Shown here piece by piece: positions 58,423 to 64,000 of a DNA stretch of 64,000 nucleotides. Every line of letters starts with the position of its first letter. The stretch's first letter is position 1. The stretch is from an uncultured Winogradskyella sp. (GTDB taxonomy: Bacteria > Bacteroidota > Bacteroidia > Flavobacteriales > Flavobacteriaceae): assembly GCF_913055905.1 (NCBI RefSeq), contig NZ_CAJXLB010000007.1. One strand, given 5' to 3'. The notes beneath the pieces were generated by a model. It was not told where the DNA came from, did no database searches, and worked only from the letters and a program-made list of their open reading frames with translations. Both the position numbers and the translations under genes were made by a program.

Positions 58423-58448
58423 ATTCCCACGCAAGTGGGAATATTTTT
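58423..58448 (+). terminator. Hairpin / terminator-like palindrome ATTCCC-N8-GGGAAT
   Basis: ATTCCCAC-GCAA-GTGGGAAT followed by ATTTTTT. Confidence 0.55.
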
Positions 58449-58449
58449 T

Positions 58450-59004
58450 ATGGATGAACTCATAGATATTGTTACGGAAACAGGTGACCCTACAGGCAAA
58501 GTAGCCTTAAAATCTGAAGCTCATAAAAATGGTTGGTACCACAATACTATCCATATATGGTTTTATACCAAAGACAAAAAAATTCTTCTTCAACAACGCT
58601 CGCACAAAAAGAAAATCTATCCACTACTTTGGGATGTCTCGGTGGCCGGCCATATTGATGCAGGAGAACCTTTAATAGAAGCGGCATTACGTGAAGCCAA
58701 AGAGGAAATTGGACTACAGCTCCAAAAAAAAGACCTAAAAAAGATTGGTGTTAAACTTCATAAATCAGAATACGACTCTGGAAAAATCAAGGACTATGAA
58801 TTTCATCATGTTTACATCGCTGAGCTGAAGACGCCTTTAGAGGAGCTCAAACCCCAAGAGGATGAAGTCGAGGCGTTAAAATTAGTAGGATTTTGTGAAT
58901 TTGAGGCATTGCTGGAACAAAGTGAAACTAACGGGCATTTCATTTCATCAAACAAGGACTATTATAGATTTGTACTTTCAAAAGTTATAGGCAACATTTT
59001 ATAA
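58450..59004 (+). CDS. NUDIX hydrolase (IDI-like)
   Basis: GHIDAGEPLIEAALREAKEEIG Nudix box; ATG at 58450. Confidence 0.9.
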   Translation: MDELIDIVTETGDPTGKVALKSEAHKNGWYHNTIHIWFYTKDKKILLQQRSHKKKIYPLLWDVSVAGHIDAGEPLIEAALREAKEEIGLQLQKKDLKKIGVKLHKSEYDSGKIKDYEFHHVYIAELKTPLEELKPQEDEVEALKLVGFCEFEALLEQSETNGHFISSNKDYYRFVLSKVIGNIL

Positions 59005-59119
59005 ATTATTTTTCACAGTTAATCTATTTTTTTAATAAAATGATATAAATCATTTTGGCATTTCATCCAAATCCTGAATTTAGATGTTGATTTAATTATA
59101 ACCTAATCAATATCAACCT

Positions 59120-62100
59120 ATGTCAAGAATCACTTTTTTTATTGTATTTGTTGTCTTTGGTACAATATTAAATTATACAAATGCACAACTTCCTAACGGA
59201 TTTACAAACGAGCTAGTAACAGATGACCTTTATCGGCCTCTAGCATTCACATTTATGCCTAATGGCCAAATTTTAATTATAGAAAAAGATGGTCAGGTAA
59301 AAGTCGGCGGGCCAATAAACTCCCTTCCCGTTACATTAACCACATTTATGACTATACCAAATATTAATCCATCCGGTGAACATGGTCTAATTGAAATTGT
59401 ATTAGATCCTGATTTTGAAAATAATGGATTCTTCTATTTATATTACTCTGCTTCAAACAATAATAAGAACAGAGTATCACGTTTCAAAGATTTGGGCACT
59501 CCGGAAGAACGTTTAAACAGTGAAACGATAATATGGGAGGCAACGCAGCCTTTCCAAGGTTGCTGTCATACTGGAGGAACTCTGGTTTTTGCGCAAGACG
59601 GCACCTTATTATTGGCCACAGGAGATGATTTTGGCAACCTGACGTCGCAAGATATGGCCAATTCAAACGGAAAAATACATCGATTTAATACTGATGGCAT
59701 CATCCCTACGGACAATCCTTATTATGATAGCACGCCAGGTGATTTTAATGCAAATGGAATACTCAAGTCTATCTATGCTGCAGGTTTGAGAAATCCATTT
59801 AGAGGTCATTTTGACACACAACTGAACAAATTATTCATTGGTGAAGTTGGTGGTAATAATCAAACTTTTGCCTGGGAGGATATTCATACTATCGAGATAG
59901 GAGAAGGAGGCGTAAATTTTGGTTGGCCAGCATGTGGTGATGGTAGCACAGGAAGGGAACCTGATGGTACTTGTACTGATCCTGCCTTTACAGACCCTAT
60001 TTTTGGCTATGCCCATAATGGCAATGGAGCCGCAATTATGGGTGGGCTTTTTTATAGAGATTTCCAGTATCCTATTGAATACCAAAACAAATACTTCTAT
60101 GGAGACTATGTTCAGAATTGGGTGAAGTACATTGAATTTGATAGTAATCTCAATGCTGTAAGCAATACCATGTTTGATAATAATCCTGGACTAATGTTAG
60201 ATTTTGAAGTTGGTCCTGATGGCTATCTTTACTATGTGCGCATTTTAACTGCTTCTGATTCTAATATTGGAGCTGGTGAGATAAGACGTTATACGTTTAA
60301 CGACCCTAATAATTCCCCTCCCGAATGTGTTTCTACGAATGCAAGTCCCATTTCTGGCCAAGGCGCCCCTCTTTCAGTAGATTTTGATGCTACGGTTTCT
60401 GATGCTGATGGAGACACCATTAGTTATACATGGGATTTCGGTGATGGCAACCAAGCTACAGGTACTGTCCCTGTAACAGGCATTATTCCGACAATAACAC
60501 ATGAATACACTTCAAATGGTGAAATAAAAGCTAGACTATTTCTATCTGATCAGATCGCTAATACAGCCTGTGATGCCATAACAATTATAGTGGGCCAGCC
60601 ACCTGTCGCAGAGATTTTAACTCCTTCTGACAATTCCACATTTAGGGGCAATGATACAATTAATTTTACAGGACAAGCCTCAGACCCTGATGGAACAATT
60701 GATCCCAACAATATTGAGTGGTTTGTTAGTTTTTACAATGGTGGAACAATTCATCCAAGGCAAGGTCCAGATACAGGGACCTCAAGTTCTTTTGTGGTGC
60801 CTACAAGCAATCATGTGCCATTTGTTGGTAATACAGGCTATATTGTTACCATGACTGTTACTGACAGCGATGGATTGTCTTCATCGGATACTATTTTTCT
60901 TCAACCCGAAAAATCAACAGTAACATTAAATTCTGTTCCAAGCGGCTTAACGGTTTTACTTGATGGTGTTGAGAAAACCACACCCTTTATATTTGATGAA
61001 TTAATTAATTTTCAGTTTGAACTAGAAGCACCTAACCAATGTGCAAATGATAATTCATACACATTTTCGTCATGGTCAGATGCTGGTGCTCAAACTCATC
61101 AAATTAGTGTTCCAGAGACAACGACTCAGTATACGGTGAATTTTGATGAATTTGAAGGTTGTATCATCTGTGAAAGAGCTATTGATCTAGATGGTACGGG
61201 AGACCAATTAGTATTAGAAAACAATGCTGTGCTAACAAATGATTTCACAATAGAATTTTGGGCCAATCTTGATGAAAACATGGGTAGTGCTGACCAACCC
61301 TTGGGAGATGGCCTTAGTAATGGAGCTGACTTTGCTCATAATATCAATTTTAGCCAAGGTAAAGCCAGATTATACACCAAAGTTACCAACAGTGACCAAA
61401 TTGCTTCAACAATTGTGGCTCAGCCAAATGCTTGGAATCATTACGCTTTTGTAAGAGAGGGGTCTACTATGAAGATATATGTTAATGGAACACTGAATAA
61501 AAGTAATGCTGTAGTTGGAGGTTGGAATGATGATTTTATCGTTGCAAAACTAGGAACAACCATTAATGATGATATTTGGTTTTTTGATGGTGAACTTGAT
61601 GAAATTCGTTTGTGGAATATAGCGCGAAGTGACTCTGAAATCGCCCAATTTTACAACAAGTCTATAGAACCAAGTTCTTTAGGTTTAGAGGCTTATTGGA
61701 GTTTTAATGAGCAAGATGACACTCAAGTGATTTCAGATTTAACCGGTAATGGACACGACGCGGTATTAGGGTTAAATATGACCATTGAACCAGAAGATCC
61801 ACAAATTGTTTTTTCAAATTTGATAGAAAACGACTGTGCATTTAACTTTGTTTACAACAATGGCTGGGTGCCATCAGACCCCAATGGCATTTCAAAATTA
61901 TCTAACTCAATTATTATCGAAAATGGTAACATTACAATAAGTGATGACACCTTCTGCAATGAAGTTTCAGTGAAACCAGGTACCTCTGTAACTATAAATT
62001 CTGGCGCCTCTTTAATAACTGATTCTGGTATGACTCTAGAGTCATCATCGGAAAGCTATTCAAGTTTAATCTTAGATGGCTCAGTAGTTGGAGATGTTTT

Positions 62101-63421
62101 TTATAAACGTCATGTTAACAATGCCGCAGAACCAAGTGCACCAACTGGAAACAATGACTTAATAAGTCCACCTGTAACGGGACAAAGTTTTGGAGATTTT
62201 AGATTATCCAACCCAAATATTATGTCCGGTACAATTGGAGGAAGTCCTGCCTTTTTATTTGGGCCTTTTAACAACTTAACTAATGCTTATATAAATTACA
62301 CAACAGCAGATGATGCAGCCATATTAAATGCTGGGTATGGTTACAGAACCGGCTCTACTGATGGCTCAACATTTACATTTACGGGAAATGTAGAAAGTAG
62401 TACAGTTAATGTTCCGGTGACTACTGGTGGAGCAAGTAATTGGAACCTGATAGGAAATCCTTATCCGAGTTATTTAAAAGCAATAGACTTTTTGAACAAT
62501 ATAATTAACTCAGGACTAATTGATGAAAATTCAGTCGGTATTTATGGATATAACGGTGAGGAAACTAATAAATGGACTATTGTAAATTTAGCCACAGTGG
62601 ATTTAAACCCTTTAATTAGTCCAGGTCAAGGTTTCTTTGTAAATGCCTTGGCTAATGGAAATATCAACTTTACTCCAGCAATGAGAACAATAGGTAATGA
62701 AGATGACTTTATTTCAGGACGTAATGCCGAAGATTTGATATTCCTTAAACTTAAAGTTAATTCTAATACTGATAGTTATACTACTGATTTTTATTTTAAC
62801 GATAATGCGAGTTTAGGTTTAGATGTGGGCTATGATGCCTCTGTATGGAACAATAACCCATCTAGTTTTTCTATTTACTCTCATTTGGTTCAAGGCGATG
62901 CAGGTATACCCATGGCAATACAAACTCTTAACAGCACCGATATTTCTAATGTTATTATACCCATTGGTTTAAATGCTAGCGCAGACTCCAATATTACATT
63001 TTCAATAGAAGAAACCACAATACCACAATCCATTGATGTATATCTTGAGGATAATGCAGAAAATACATTTACTCTATTAAATTCAAGTAATTATCAAATT
63101 TCAACTATTACGGATTTAAACGGGACAGGACGATTCTACTTACATTTTTCAGAAAGTTCTTTGAATAACGAAGTTATTGAATTAAACAAATTACAGGTAT
63201 ATGCTAACCATGAACAACAAACTATTGATATTAAAGGCACCTTGACAGAAAAAACAAAATTGAATATATACGATATTCATGGGCGAAGCCTAATACACTT
63301 AGACCTTATGACCAATGTGAGTTCTCAACACATTGATGTGAGTAAAATATCAGTTGGAATTTATGTCGTTGAATTAACCAATTCGCAAGGTAAAAGAACT
63401 AAAAAAGTAATTATTAGGTAA
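59120..63421 (+). CDS. Large T9SS protein: PQQ-dependent sugar dehydrogenase-like propeller, PKD, LamG-like and CTD
   Basis: HTGGTL, GKIHRFN, GLRNPFR; WDFGDG (PKD); FTIEFW...WNHYAF...LDEIRLWN (LamG); C-terminal CTD. Confidence 0.85.
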   Translation: MSRITFFIVFVVFGTILNYTNAQLPNGFTNELVTDDLYRPLAFTFMPNGQILIIEKDGQVKVGGPINSLPVTLTTFMTIPNINPSGEHGLIEIVLDPDFENNGFFYLYYSASNNNKNRVSRFKDLGTPEERLNSETIIWEATQPFQGCCHTGGTLVFAQDGTLLLATGDDFGNLTSQDMANSNGKIHRFNTDGIIPTDNPYYDSTPGDFNANGILKSIYAAGLRNPFRGHFDTQLNKLFIGEVGGNNQTFAWEDIHTIEIGEGGVNFGWPACGDGSTGREPDGTCTDPAFTDPIFGYAHNGNGAAIMGGLFYRDFQYPIEYQNKYFYGDYVQNWVKYIEFDSNLNAVSNTMFDNNPGLMLDFEVGPDGYLYYVRILTASDSNIGAGEIRRYTFNDPNNSPPECVSTNASPISGQGAPLSVDFDATVSDADGDTISYTWDFGDGNQATGTVPVTGIIPTITHEYTSNGEIKARLFLSDQIANTACDAITIIVGQPPVAEILTPSDNSTFRGNDTINFTGQASDPDGTIDPNNIEWFVSFYNGGTIHPRQGPDTGTSSSFVVPTSNHVPFVGNTGYIVTMTVTDSDGLSSSDTIFLQPEKSTVTLNSVPSGLTVLLDGVEKTTPFIFDELINFQFELEAPNQCANDNSYTFSSWSDAGAQTHQISVPETTTQYTVNFDEFEGCIICERAIDLDGTGDQLVLENNAVLTNDFTIEFWANLDENMGSADQPLGDGLSNGADFAHNINFSQGKARLYTKVTNSDQIASTIVAQPNAWNHYAFVREGSTMKIYVNGTLNKSNAVVGGWNDDFIVAKLGTTINDDIWFFDGELDEIRLWNIARSDSEIAQFYNKSIEPSSLGLEAYWSFNEQDDTQVISDLTGNGHDAVLGLNMTIEPEDPQIVFSNLIENDCAFNFVYNNGWVPSDPNGISKLSNSIIIENGNITISDDTFCNEVSVKPGTSVTINSGASLITDSGMTLESSSESYSSLILDGSVVGDVFYKRHVNNAAEPSAPTGNNDLISPPVTGQSFGDFRLSNPNIMSGTIGGSPAFLFGPFNNLTNAYINYTTADDAAILNAGYGYRTGSTDGSTFTFTGNVESSTVNVPVTTGGASNWNLIGNPYPSYLKAIDFLNNIINSGLIDENSVGIYGYNGEETNKWTIVNLATVDLNPLISPGQGFFVNALANGNINFTPAMRTIGNEDDFISGRNAEDLIFLKLKVNSNTDSYTTDFYFNDNASLGLDVGYDASVWNNNPSSFSIYSHLVQGDAGIPMAIQTLNSTDISNVIIPIGLNASADSNITFSIEETTIPQSIDVYLEDNAENTFTLLNSSNYQISTITDLNGTGRFYLHFSESSLNNEVIELNKLQVYANHEQQTIDIKGTLTEKTKLNIYDIHGRSLIHLDLMTNVSSQHIDVSKISVGIYVVELTNSQGKRTKKVIIR

Positions 63422-64000
63422 CACTCGATATATGACAAGGTGAAAAATATTCAATATCAGCTCGAATCAAAATAAGTTTAGATTAAATAAGATTTTCCTA
63501 GGAGAGAACTAATTTAATTATGAGGGCTTGTTTTGTGTATCAAGCCCAAAATTTTTTAATTAACCCTATGATTTAGTCCTTTACTTTGATAGCCTAAATC
63601 GCACTCTCCCTTGTCGAGAATACATTACATGTATCTTAACGCGATGATAACATTGCTCTAATTAGAATATTTACAGAAGTTTCAATTAATGCGACACTTT
63701 TGAATTTTAATGTACTAATTTATGGGAAAGGCTAAGTTTTCTAACAATCGGGTTGCAAAAATATATAATGGTTTTTGTAACTCTTTTTCCTTGCAACTAA
63801 GGTTTCTCTCTTTTACAGGTTTGAACAAGGTATTTCTTCTATGGCTAAAATTTCCCACATAATTGTATTTTTCTTTAACAAGAAAACTATTTTAAATCGT
63901 CAAATCTATTCAACTTTAAATCTATGTAAAGATTTCATGAAACATGACTTATTTCATATTTTAGAGGACGGCTTATCTCTAATTTAGCCCAAGTTTAATA

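Noticed and set aside
12909-61454. Numerous 60-180 aa ORFs antisense to or out of frame within long genes (for example inside mnmE, uvrA, E1 and ppk2)
   Set aside because: Shadow ORFs of well-supported genes.
1-64000. Integrase or transposase gene in the window
   Set aside because: No ORF shows tyrosine recombinase (R-H-x-x-R-H-Y), DDE or HUH motifs; the enzyme remains a prediction.
1-64000. tRNA or rRNA genes
   Set aside because: I saw no cloverleaf or T-loop signature and no rRNA-like segment; a tRNAscan-SE/barrnap run would confirm.

Overview
The window is Bacteroidota DNA, most likely marine Flavobacteriaceae, judged from T9SS C-terminal sorting domains, TAnnTTTG -7 promoter boxes and gene content. 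It has two parts. (1) Positions 1 to ~12500 form an AT-rich, co-oriented gene-cassette array. Short, mostly promoterless ORFs are separated by 130-220 bp imperfect inverted repeats bounded by ...AAC and GTTR.... The 9-10 bases starting at each GTT are complementary to the ...AAC end of the NEXT repeat, not to the other end of their own repeat. This is the footprint of integron-type excision and insertion of circular cassettes. The sites differ from the canonical GTTRRRY attC consensus, fall into several sequence families, are predicted to fold better on the bottom strand, and decay towards the distal end next to the 3' end of mnmE. No integrase is present in the window; if linked, it should lie to the left of position 1. 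(2) Positions ~12700-64000 are mostly ordinary housekeeping and accessory genes (mnmE, glmM, ggt, tricorn-like protease, uvrA, fused 2-oxoacid dehydrogenase E1, tandem ppk2, a LytTR two-component system, methyltransferases, M42 peptidase, a large T9SS protein). They are interrupted by a nested cluster of REP-like palindromes around a permease gene (27290-29530). I found no rRNA, tRNA or CRISPR array. All alignments and counts were made by eye; no database searches were run.
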